Part shown: one piece after another, positions 1-11,489 of the stretch | How the letters are laid out: each line of letters opens with the position of its first letter | How positions within the stretch are numbered: the stretch's first letter is position 1 | Assembly: GCA_002633005.1 (NCBI GenBank) | Contig: NMRA01000190.1 | Span: forward strand, 1-64,000 | Direction of reading: 5' to 3' | Length of the DNA stretch: 64,000 nt | DNA from: Phoronis australis | Lineage: Eukaryota > Animalia > Phoronida | Notes under the pieces: model-generated | Databases searched by the model: none | Seen by the model: only the letters and a program-made list of their open reading frames with translations | What the model was told of the DNA's origin: nothing | Translations under genes and position numbers: made by a program

Positions 1-1802
1 TTTGTTGTGTAATTTTGTTGGAATTTTTTGGGGAAAGTGGAAACTATACATTTTTGGAAACCTCATGGAATGAAAAATCAGAAAATAATTGATTCCATTT
101 TTGGTGGCTATCTTGGTGGCAATCTTCGACTTTCAAAAATGGCGCCGGTAAAGTAGATTTTGCCCAAAATCTACATCTTTGGGTCACTTAGAATGTTGGT
201 TTTTATGGCTACATCTGTATTTGTCAGGTCAAGGAATTGGAAAGTTTAATTTTATTGGCGGCCATCTTGGCGGCAATCTTGGATTTTTAAAAATGGCGCC
301 CGTAAAATACATTTTCTTCAGTATCTCTGCTCTTGGGTCACTTAGAATGTTAGTTTTAATGGCTGAACCCACATTTTGTGGTCAAGAAATCTGAAAATGC
401 AACTTATTAAACGAAAAAGATAATCAAAACCCCATTTATTAGCAGCCACATTCTCTAAATACATTATTCCTGTAATCCAACACATATGATTACCATCTTA
501 CTTTCTTGAATATATTGTTCGGAGCTTGTTTCCTTTAAGACACTTAAACTGAATCAGTACCTGAAACAATTTATTTACGTTTGAAAAACATGAAAGTATG
601 TTTTTGTAGTGTCAATAGTATTTCAAAACTTTGAAATAAGTCTATAGATCATTACTAGATAGCCATCAATGTCATCAGGAATCACATCATCATCACCATT
701 CTGACATTCTGCACTACTGAATACTGACATAGATGTTTGTAAGGTAGGCCCTTTTATCGGCAAGAGCATCTTTGCACGGGCATTTTACCATATCAATGAA
801 AGCCTCTGGTGATGGAAGCTCCTCAATTGTGATGGTTTCCGCAGCTGGTCATCTTTGTCCTTGTAAATTGATTCTGCAATGGTCCAAAGAACTCCTGTCG
901 AGCACTGATTGCCTGGCCCCACACTCTGGCTTGAATAAACACCCTCACCATATGCTATTTCAAAGCACCAATGGTTAGTGGTTGTTTGTCGCTGTCAGCC
1001 ATAGGTTTACAGAAGAGGTACCATCTCAGCTCTGGGATGCTATTGTGTCTATATCCTGTGGTGAGTATGCACATGCAAAGGGGGCTAATGTGAAAAGAGG
1101 TTCACCTGTTACTTCATGAACATTACAAGAAGTCTGCGGTGCATTGATATCACCAGTGTTTGCCTTCAAATATATATTCAACCTACAGCATGTTCACGTA
1201 AAAGCATGGAAAGCAGGAAGAGCCTTTGCCCGGACAGCACCTAATATTGTCGATATTGGATTCACGTCCACAATCCCAGATGCCATGGGGACTGAAATAT
1301 TTCTGAGAAGCCTGTCATAATAGGCAATGACAAGTACCAGTAAATCTATGTCAGGTAAAAAAACATCAGCTGAGAATCAGGAACCTTTTGATGTGATGCC
1401 AGAACTGCATGATGTATTAGCAATATTTCTATTTTCTTCTAAGCATAGATCACGTTGGTTGCTCTTTGTGCATCCTAAAGCTGAAGTAATGGCTATCTTG
1501 GCAAAGTCTTTATTATATTCAAGTGTTTTTGCAGATAGTTATTCAGTAAGTTGAGCCTTTTTTGGTCATGGGAAAGGATACGGCTCATCGGGTTGTTATG
1601 ACTCAAGGGCGGTTATACTAGGCAAAACCTAGTTTACCGGCGCTATATTTAAAAATCCAAGATGGCCGCCAAGATGGCCACCAAAAATGGAATCAATTAT
1701 TCTCTGATTCGTCATTCCCTGAGGTTTCCAAAAATGTATAGTTTCCACTTTCCCCCCAAAATTTCAACGAATATCAAAATTTGGACATAGTGAACCTGAC
1801 TA
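1..1802 (-). mobile_element. Academ-type DNA transposon, internally deleted; left end lies just upstream of the window
   Basis: Bases ~20-150 are an inverted copy of ~1632-1790. The right end reads TAGTCAGGTTCACTATG on the minus strand (TAG terminus). Minus-strand frameshifted remnants PDIDLLVLVIA, RAKALPAFHAF and LKQHMVRVFIQARVWGQA resemble the Academ transposase motifs DTDVLVLL, ALPAFHAFTGCD and LxQHxxRAxYQAxIW. Confidence 0.75.
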
Positions 1803-1804
1803 TA

Positions 1805-2238
1805 CAGGTGGGAGCTCACGTCGGCGGCCGTGGACAGTAGCAAGACGGCGTAAACTCGATTCTGTTCAGAATCGTTTGAATAGAGGTGAAAAGTAGTTCT
1901 CTTGGCAATGCGGCACGTTAGTAGTTCTCCCAATATTTAAGTGTGAGATTAATTCAAGTGAACTGGGTAGAAAAAACAGTGAGATTGATGCCCCCTGCCA
2001 GAATGTAGTAGCCTACCGGCCAGCATTATTTGTCGTCTACTACTACCTCGCTCACAGTTTTTGAACTTCTGGATGAATTGGGCAAAAATCTGAGTCACGA
2101 ATTGTTAGAAGTTATCGTGTGGCCCTAACTACAGTTCCAACAGTTTTGGTGTAGGCACCATTGGGGATTTTATTCACGACGATAATTGTTTTTAATCTGA
2201 ACGGTGAGTTACTGTCCGTCGCAATGTCCGCTCACCTG
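1805..2238. mobile_element. TA-flanked MITE (Tc1/mariner-like non-autonomous element)
   Basis: TA|CAGGTG...GGACAGTAGC at the left end and GTTACTGTCC...CACCTG|TA at the right end. Imperfect TIRs, no coding capacity. Confidence 0.55.
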
Positions 2239-2510
2239 TATAATTATTCACAACTAATACTAGAAACTTATATACGAGTAATTGGTTGGATTCGTTAAAT
2301 CAAACAGAACACTCAATTTTCATTGAATCATGATTTTCTTTGGAAGGTAGCAGTCTGTAAATTAGTGAATAACACAGACTGCTCAATGCCTTGCTGTGGT
2401 GTATTGGTTCACATCTTCGTGTTGGTATCATTAAAAAGGTTTGACTGAAATTCTTTTGTTAACTCCGTTTATTTGGGAGATATTTCAGGCTTACCTAATA
2501 ATAATTATAA

Positions 2511-2547
2511 TTATATATATATATATATATATATATGTGTAGATGTA

Positions 2548-2588
<41 letters not shown>
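2511..2588. repeat. (TA)n microsatellite at the LINE 3' end
   Basis: Interrupted TA run directly abutting the 3' end of the minus-strand LINE. Confidence 0.95.
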
Positions 2589-2593
<5 letters not shown>

Positions 2594-2649
2594 AACTAGG
2601 CCTCCGGCACTTGTTCCAATCAAATCATCAAATACAATAAAGGTGAGTG

Positions 2650-5600
2650 TCAAACACTAGAAGTAAACCGAGTTCTTCTTCGCTTGAATGCGAAATCAGC
2701 ATATTTACATGTTGATCATATAAGGTCTTTTTCCTCCATAGTCATGAGTCTGAATTTTGTAACATTGGGATTGTTGTAGCTCCATGCAGGCAAATACCGT
2801 TTCCTAAGGTCATCGTAGAATGGACATTCGGTAACACAATGATATTCTGACTCGACATATGTCCTAATACAGAGAGGACATAACCTTTCTGGTCTGCTAA
2901 GTTTCAAGTTTCTACCATTTTCAATCAGTAGTGCATGCGCTGAACATCTTAATCTTACCATATCAGATCTAACATTTACATTGTCAATTGCATCTAAATA
3001 GTTTTCAAAACATATATTTAACTTACAAGTTCTGTAAGTTTTCAGCTTTATCGAATTGTTCAAAATTTCTTGCCATTGTTGCTGCTCAATATCGTTGTAT
3101 CTTAGTTTAAAAGTAAAATGGAGCTTGTCTCGGAACCTACACCCTGATTGTACCATGCTTCTTCAAAACCAAACTGAAATAGCAATTTCTTAACATCATT
3201 AAGCCAACATGGTTTATCAACATTATCCGTCATATTATATTGCCATTCTTAGCTATGATATGTAATTTTTTAGGCATCGGTTTTTAATAATTTTAACCAA
3301 TATTTCACAATTCTGGGAAGCGATAAGCATTCAAGGAGTAACGACTCATCTCACCTCTAACAGTCGTCGAAATTGCCGTGCTAGGCAAAATTAAAATTTC
3401 TTTACAAAATTTTTGTGGGCTCTTTCACCACATTCGCAATCACTAAAACTCCAGATCTCACAGCCATAATGAAATATCGGCAATATTTTACAATCGATAA
3501 ATTTCAAACTAACTTTAACAAGGAGTGCATTAAAACCGCTGACATTTTTCCTCATTAAATTCTCTGCCTTAGTAGCCTGTAATGATAGCTTTCTGTGCGC
3601 AAGAGCACGAACCTTTTGTAGTAAACATTAATCCTAAATATTTAAATGCATTTACAATATTAACAGTATTCCCATTATACGTCCATTTATCATACGATCG
3701 TAACATTTTACCCTTTCTGAAAACAATTATCTTAGTATTCGACATGTTAACAATCAATTTCCATTTCTGACAATACTCATATAAAATGTTCAATTTTTTT
3801 CTGCAGTCCTTTCACTCTATAAGAAAATAAAACCAAAATCATCAGCAAACAACAGATGCAATAATTCACCTTATCCTATGGAAATTTTTACACAGCCACC
3901 GGATTCTAATTCTTGCCCGAGATCGTTTATAAGTAGTATAAACAAAACGGTGAAGGCTGAGAGCCTTGTTTTAGACCATTATGACAATCAAAGAACTCCG
4001 TGTACCTCCCGTTATTCAATCTCACGTACGGTTTTACTTCAGCGTACATTGCTTTGATTATCTTATACATAACACCTTAAGTTCTATGCTATTTTTCTTT
4101 AATTTAAAATGTAATGCGCTTCTGTATATACTGTCATTAGCTGCTTTAAAATCCACGAAAGCACGATAGAGTCTACCTTTGTCTCGTGTCAACTATTTAA
4201 TTATTAATGTTCATAAAGCAGACATGTGATCCACAGTTCTGTGCCCTTTCCTAAACACAACTTGAGACACACTAATTACGTTTTCTCTTTCCAACCATTT
4301 TTTGAAGTCGATGGCACAATATTTTTTCGAATATTTTGGCTGTGACTTGCATAAGGAATTTTGGCACCGCCCTTAAATACCAGTACTCTAAAGGATTTTG
4401 TCCATTCTTTTGGAAACACACCATTTAAAAAAATTGTTGTATAGATGGAACAGCGAATCTACCAACCTTTTATCAGCATACTTGTAGAACTCAATGCTAA
4501 TTTTATCATATCCTGGCGAAATGTCGTCTTTCATACTACCGATGGTTTGTATAATTTCGTCTTTTGTGATCTCAGCGTCTATCTCCATATCAACAATTGC
4601 ATTACTTGAATTGATGTCATTTTTTACTGAGTTCTCAATAAAAGCATGAAATTCAGCGAACTCCGGATTAGAAACAAAATAGTTGCCTCAAACAGAGAGC
4701 TGAAGTAATTTATCCATTCCTCCGGTTTAATATTCGTCGATATACTTTTCTTCCTAATATTAAATATGCGCCAGAATTTTTTACTGTCTTTACTCTCCAC
4801 AGCTGATTTCAAATTTTGTAACGTTTTTGTTACACACTATCTGTTTCATTTTTTTAATTTCCATAATCCCTTCTAGCTCGTACATATATAATTTTCTCTC
4901 TGTGTTCCAATACTGAATCTAAAATTACTTAATTTTTGCCTAACAACAACCCTCATTTCCCTACAATCAGTGTTAAACCATTTGGAAAAACTATTAACTG
5001 GGTTATAAGATATGTTCACTTTTGTTTTTAACATATCCGCTGCGCATAATTTAATGGCTTCCGTTAAACTTCCTACACTTGAATCTATGGTCGAGGGTAA
5101 ATGACTCTGTACGTCAGCGAGCAACTGATCCACCTTCGGTTTCGACCTGTTTTCTGCATATCTTAGGTTTAACTCCTCGTTCCATTTATAAACACTTTAA
5201 ATCTGTTTACCTCGAGCCATAAGAATCAATGGAAAGTGGGCAGGCGATTTACATAATTGCCCAATTTAAAACCGTCCACACAGTACAATAAATCATTGCT
5301 CATCATGACATAGTCAACAACACTTGATCCATTATAAGTCACAGATGTTACACTACCAATGTCTGTATCTTTCCCTACTCTTCCATTCAGAATTCTTATC
5401 TCATTTCTTCGACAAAACTCTAATAATTCTGTACCAAACTCATTCACCTCACCATTACCTTGTGAGGTCCTACAACACACGCTATCTTCTAAATAATCAA
5501 CACAATCAAAAATAGGACTGGATTCATCCTTATACTTAATACTATCATCTTCAATAAAGTCTGGCCTGGTACGCGTACGAGCATTAAAATCGCCCATTAT

Positions 5601-6030
5601 TAAAAGGTGACAAGCCCCCCTCCTTTCGGCAGTATAACCTTGCACCTCCCGCTCAAGTAGTTCATTATTTCAAGTTTTTGCTTGAACTTTTTGGAGACTG
5701 ATTCACAACCGCAACTAAAACAGGATACAGATAATCGGGTAGGTTAATTTTTACCCATAAAACGTCAGACAAACTTGAAGGAAGCCTAACAGCCACCAAT
5801 ACTTCCTTACAAAATAATACTACACCACCAGAATTCCGAAATGCTTGAAGGTGTTTATTTCTCACTAACCCAAAACAATGGTAGCCTTCCAGTGTAAACT
5901 CATTTTCATTCATTCCCCATGTTTCAACAAAAGTGATAATATCATATGTACTGTACGTATCGTATTTACAAAATCAGCTCTCTGTAATTTATGCTTTAGA
6001 CGTTCGATATTCCAACACATAAATTTCCAT
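2650..6030 (-). pseudogene. LINE ORF2 remnant (AP endonuclease, reverse transcriptase, CCHC)
   Basis: ORF-track pieces 5665-5913, 5226-5645, 4873-5133, 4624-4812, 4388-4588, 3569-3793 and 2716-3156 fall in the correct domain order. Confidence 0.85.
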
Positions 6031-6064
6031 GACGACTTGTCTTGCGGGCCTTGGCCTAACCTCT

Positions 6065-6875
6065 AGTGCTGGTCCGACTGTGCTTGAGCCGAGCTGGCCA
6101 TATGGAATACCTGATCTTCATGTTGAACAGCGGCTTCCGCTCGAGTTGATGGGTTGCGTGGGTCAGCATTAGTTGTGCGGGGTTTAATTTTTATCACATC
6201 GTTCTCTTCGTCGTACACAAACACTCTGCCATTATAGATCATCTTGTTGAAGCTGATTTGGCGTTTTCCATACTGTGTGATTGTGAAAATTCGTACAGCT
6301 TTCTCTTTGCCTTCTTAACCCGGATTGAGAAGTCTTCTGTTATGAATATGTCGGAGTCACTCACTTCTCTTCGTTTCCTCATTATTTTTTGCTTATCTTT
6401 CGAATTCAGTTTTGCTATGATGGGCCGCACTTTCCCCTGGGTTCTACGGCCCAGTCTGCGAGCTCGCTTGATGTTTATGTCTTTAATATTCAGCTGCTCC
6501 TTGAGAAACTCTTCAAGTTGATTTTCCAATTCTTCCCAGGTTTCGTTACCATTTTCAACAATGCCATGGAATATAAGGTTGTCTCAGCTGGATCGATTCT
6601 CTAAATCATCTAACTTTTCTTCCATTGATTTGACTTGATCACGTAAGATAGAGTTATCTTCCCTTGACGTTTCATATTCGCGTCTGATAGACTCAAAATC
6701 GTTGGACAATTTTTCGAACTTGTCATTTATCACATGTATTTCTAATAGTTGACGGTTTGATATATCTGTAGTCTTTGGGCTCGTCTCACTTCTAGGCACA
6801 CACGACGAAATGCTTCGAGTCACTGACCCGTCACTGGCTGAAGGTGTTGTTGTTTTCCTAGACCCAGGTATTATC
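6065..6875 (-). pseudogene. LINE ORF1 remnant (coiled-coil plus L1-type RRM-like region)
   Basis: ORF-track pieces 6584-6823 and 6239-6529. Boundaries are approximate. Confidence 0.75.
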
Positions 6876-7161
6876 GCTAATATGACTAAATGCTTATTTT
6901 TGTCGTATCAGCTGAATATACCGAGAATAACTATCTGGTTTTCTACAGAGATCCTGGTGAGATAGTTTTTCTGATAAAACATTTTGATGTGTTCTAAATT
7001 TACAAACACAGATTTGGAGGAAGCCCTGATCAAACGCATTTCATTTTGCAATTACGGTTCCTATGTATGTAACATATCATGTTCAATGTTCTCACAAATT
7101 GATCACATTTGTTGGAATCGCAAGATACGTGATAAGTTAGTGCAGACTTGATGTCAATTAA

Positions 7162-8071
7162 AGTGTACAAAACATGACTCTAGTACACAGCTCATAAAGA
7201 AATACGCAAAAATTGAAAAAATAATAATTATGTACAACGTCATGGGTTGAACCCAAGTCGTTCGCCATACTGTTCGGATCAGAGACAAAGTGTTAAGAGT
7301 GAAGAGAAAGCAAAGTACATTTATCGTCGAGAAGGTTCGTAGAGGGATCAAAAGATGTGTTTCCGGAGGCTGCAGCAACAGCAGCCAGGCGGAGAACGTC
7401 TCGTTGTTCCGAGGGACACCAAAGTTGCGCAGAAGTGGCATCGCTTCGTGCGCCGAACGAGAGTGTGGGACGTCATCGTGGACCAAGCGATTCGGTCCGG
7501 GGCCACTCTGTGTTCTGCCCACTTTGAGGAATCGTGTTTCGATTCCAGTCACAGGAGACGTTACGATGAAGGCCTGGTTCAAAAAAGGACAATATTTATC
7601 ATTCAGAAACATCAGTTCTTAATTCAGGATCGTCTGTAGTATGACTGGGTTGACTCGCTGAGCCCGAGGCCGCTTCTTTCGCGGGAGGATCCATTTCGTA
7701 AGGCTCAAAGTAGAGAAGTACGTTGCCGGAAGCACATTAAACTTACTCTCGCTTTCGTGCAACCCTATTTCCTCATCCTGGCTACCATTCCCGTACGTTT
7801 CTTCATAGTATTCGTTCAATTCTTGGTCATAATCGTCGTCGCTTTCAAATCTCCTGCTCTCCGCCTTTGTTCAATGCTAGTCACTGGTCTCTTGTGTTCA
7901 ACCCATGACGTCACATGGCGGGAAATGTGAAAAGGGGCAAAATTTATAGAGAAATCAAAATTTCGAGCTAATTACACAAAATAAACATGGATTTAGCTAA
8001 ATTTTACATCATACATTTAGTCTGTGGCCACCGGTAATTCAAAATGTGCAAAAATCCATGGTGTGTACTGT
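7162..8071 (+). mobile_element. Kolobok-like non-autonomous element carrying a THAP-domain remnant
   Basis: TTAA on both sides (7158-7161, 8072-8075) with imperfect TIRs, plus an internal inverted motif ACGTCATGGGTTGAAC (~7237 and ~7896). Frameshifted THAP: KRCVSGGCSNS..VSLF / PRDTKVAQKWHRFVRRTR..TLCSAHFEESCF (~7348-7545). Confidence 0.65.
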
Positions 8072-8110
8072 TTAAGAACAACCGTGAGTGACGCATATTC
8101 CTGATATAAG

Positions 8111-8252
8111 CATGGGCGGCGCAGCACTGAAAAAAGTGGGGGTTATAGCCCCCAGCCCCCCTGTGGTTCATCGCTTACAGACCATGGTCGGGGCAGCACT
8201 GAAAAAAGTGGGGGGCTATAGTCCCCCAGCCCCCTATGGTGCGCCGCCCATG
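8111..8252. mobile_element. GC-rich MITE with CATGGGCGGCGCA TIRs and 5-bp TSD (ATAAG)
   Basis: ATAAG|CATGGGCGGCGCA...TGCGCCGCCCATG|ATAAG, with two internal direct units. A second copy lies inverted at 31427-31575. Confidence 0.8.
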
Positions 8253-9553
8253 ATAAGGTAACCCGTTACCACCACCCATGATTTGGACTGTTCAGCTTAG
8301 CTTGCTCATTTTCATCCGGTTATCTACCCTAGTATTTGTAAATATGGTTAATACTTTTCAACGTGCCGAGAGTAAACAAAGAAAAATATTGTCCAAATTT
8401 TAAGGCCGCCACTATGGGAGACAATTTACACGGCGGGTCTTAAAATAATATGTAAACTTTTTTCAAACAAAGTCAACCATGGCGAAAAGCACAATGTACG
8501 TCGGTTTTAAGATTTGACTTAAAATTAACCTTATTACATTTCTGATAATTGTTCAAAAGCTACTATACGCAACTGCAATTTAATTATGTCACTTATCGTA
8601 ATAAATTTAATCCCTTTCTCAGGTAATAGAGATTTCCAAGCCTTAGAAGATTTCACGATTCCTGGACATCAGCCCCGACATATTGACTTGCCCTGGACCG
8701 GTCAGCTCATTTCCAAGCTTAGAAGTCTCTTCCAAAGTAAGACACAAATGAGACCAGATTTTAACGGCAGAGTGAGTCCAAAGTTAGTTTTTGACTGCGG
8801 ACCAATAATTTATGGACCATTCATCAAGATTTGTGCGACTTCATGAATGTTAAGTTCCTGAAAATTTATCGGTGGTAGAGACAATAACGAGACACTGACC
8901 CGGGGTCATGCGCGGGTGAGCGTCATGAAATCGTTCCTTGTCGGGTACAAGATTTAGGTCACCCCCACGTAGTGTGAAAACAAGAGATGACTCAGGGTTG
9001 GCTTTACCTGCTTAGGCGGGGATTAGTTTTTGAAGGATACAAATTGACCATTAAATATATGCTACATGTAGCAAGTACACTTACACTAGTTCAGATAAAC
9101 TGATTTATCACATTTGTTTTGTCTTTTGATTGGTAAAAGTGAAAAATGTCAGTCGTTAATTACACCTGGAAACTTTGTATTGCAGTGATTTACGTTGGTT
9201 ACCTGGGCAACGCGCACGCACAAACATTGTTATGCACTCGTAAATGCTGGTCCTTTGTAAATACCACTTTTGTTTTATTATCAATTCGCTATTTACATTT
9301 GGACAGCAGTTTCTGGTAACTAAAACATTGCCATATTTTATTATTTTTGCAGGCGAATGAAAGAAAAAAAAAACAACAAAAATTGGTTTTAGATTTGTTT
9401 ATATGAAGAGAAGTTGGCAGAGGGACGATAAACGTCAAGTTAAACCTGAGCGTGAAAATTGCGAGCCATGAGCCGAAATTATTTACGTGTTGCCAAATTC
9501 CACAAAGATTGATTTTTCCGTTACATGCTTTTCTNTTCTTGTTACCTTCTGTC

Positions 9554-9668
9554 TTGTTGTATTTCAGTCATTTTGACTATTGCCTTGTTGTATTTCAGTC
9601 ATTTTGACTATTGCCTTGTTGTATTTTAGTCATTTTGACTACTGCCTTGTTGTATTTCAGTCATTTTT
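9554..9668. repeat. 31-bp tandem minisatellite (~3.6 copies)
   Basis: Unit CTTGTTGTATTTCAGTCATTTTGACTATTGC. Confidence 0.9.
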
Positions 9669-11489
9669 AGAAACGGAATATCTTGTTAATAGTTTTTGAA
9701 AATTTCAAAGTGAGACTGTTTTAGACTTGTCACAAGAAACGTTCGAAAGATGCAGCGCAACAAGTTTTCTCTAACTGTATGACGTAACAATCCACAGTGG
9801 CTTGCTGTATCCATACTAAAATATGAATTTTTAAAGTGCCAACAGTTTTGTTTTCGTTGTTGTATTGACCTACATATAATACATGCAAAACAAAGGTTGT
9901 GTTTCAATTAGTGCATAAGTTTGGTTTAACTTTTGGCAGGAAGTAGTCGTGATTATAGATTACAGAAAAATGGGGTGTGTGTATTTTTGACATCTCCATA
10001 ATAAAATGCTTCAGCTACACGAAAATTGCTTTGAATGGTACTTAATCATTCAAAATGAAAGGAAAATTTGGGCTTTCAGTTAGTTTTCAGCGAATTTCTT
10101 TAAATTATAGTAGAAGCCCTTCACCAATAACCATTTTATAAGGAAATTTCCTAGGGATTTGCCAGTCAAGGAACGTGAGATGTTCATATGGATTAATAAC
10201 GCAAAAATTGTGTTGATTGGCGGGTGACGAGTTCATTAAAAATATTGCTTTTCATATTTTATCAATCGACTCGTTTCTTGACTTAAAACTATGCTTAGAA
10301 TTAAATTTCGTCGAAATGCTTGATGCAACATAAAATCGATTCCAATCTGAGCCGTGCGACTATCTCGACCGTAGGTGCACAAGTCTAATTAAACAAAACA
10401 CTCGACGTATTGTCTGTTCTCGCAAGATTCTCCTGTCTACGGAATGCACACAAGACCCAAAACAATACCACACGCGGACAGACCTTTTCGACCAATGATG
10501 CGCGTTCTTTAGTCTCTAGTTGAAAATAGAGGACAGGCCGTATTTTTTGGTGTATTCTGGTTCCCTGGTTTATATTGCGATCAAAATAAAGTCCACAAGT
10601 TTGAAAACGACTGCATAAATAGCCAGACAGACAAGGTGTCCTGTCGCAAAGGTTTCCGTCAGCAGTAGTTTGTTCTAGTATCCACCGAGTGGCTTTTTTA
10701 CAAAGAGTGGTGTCGAAACAAGTTAACTCTCTGCCATAAATTTATTTGCGTAACAATGCAACAAAGGCCTTTAGCTTTAGTGCATGGGTGCCCCTTAAAG
10801 TAAGCGGTCTGGCTACAAAAGTGTTACGGACCGAAAACGCCAACACTTTTGAAATAACTCAGAGCTTTAGCAAAGGGCCAGAAAAAATGACCCTTGCGAC
10901 CGCTCACATTATTTGACTGTTTTGCTGCTAGCGTTTCATCCAGCATGTAAACCGTACACCAGTCACTTTTAGGTGTCAAGCCGAGGTGTATAATAAAGCA
11001 GGGGCTTCAGCTTGACAACGGTATGTGCACTTGCTGGATTGTTTGTATAGATGGTAACATACCGTGTCCCATAGAACAGATCTTCTTTGTGAACATGTCT
11101 CAAAGTTTTTCTTCTAATAGTTGGCATGTGGAAGCTTCACATGTAGCGCGTGCGCAATTAAATTATTTCTTGGCCATTGTTGGCCTCAAATTGCACTGAT
11201 TTGAATCTTTAAAAATCTGATCTTTACAATCTGACTCAAAAACATTCGTAACATAAATCCAATGTTTGGAAACTTTGGAATGTCCACTTCGTCCAATTTG
11301 ATAACCAGTAGCGTTCCACGTCAACATCGACTGTTTTAACGTGCCATGAAACCAAATTTAAACAAAATGTTGTAAACGACGTTGTGAAATGTTCAGTCAG
11401 GAGCATCTCAAACAGGAACAAGCAAACAGTGTCTGTGTGGCATCCATTAGCTAGACGGCCAATTGGAAGAATGCGACCCCTACCCTTAA

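Larger units (their letters stand above)
2589..7050 (-). mobile_element. Near full-length decayed non-LTR retrotransposon (LINE; RTE-X/CR1-like): ORF1 plus APE-RT ORF2
   Basis: Colinear minus-strand fragments: coiled-coil/RRM-like ORF1 (KLDDLENRS, RARRLG..RPIIAKL..IFITEDFS); APE (CWNI, RNSGGVV, IMGDFNART, GSSVVDY); linker KWFNTDC; RT (SPGYDKI, AFVDFKAA, LFADD, FKYLGL); C-terminal CCHC (RLCPLC..ESEYHCVTEC). Many stops and frameshifts. Confidence 0.9.

Noticed and set aside
9554-9668. 31-bp repeats (and 24-bp repeats at 41893-42005) as a CRISPR-like array
   Set aside because: Head-to-tail units with no spacers, no cas genes, and a eukaryotic context.
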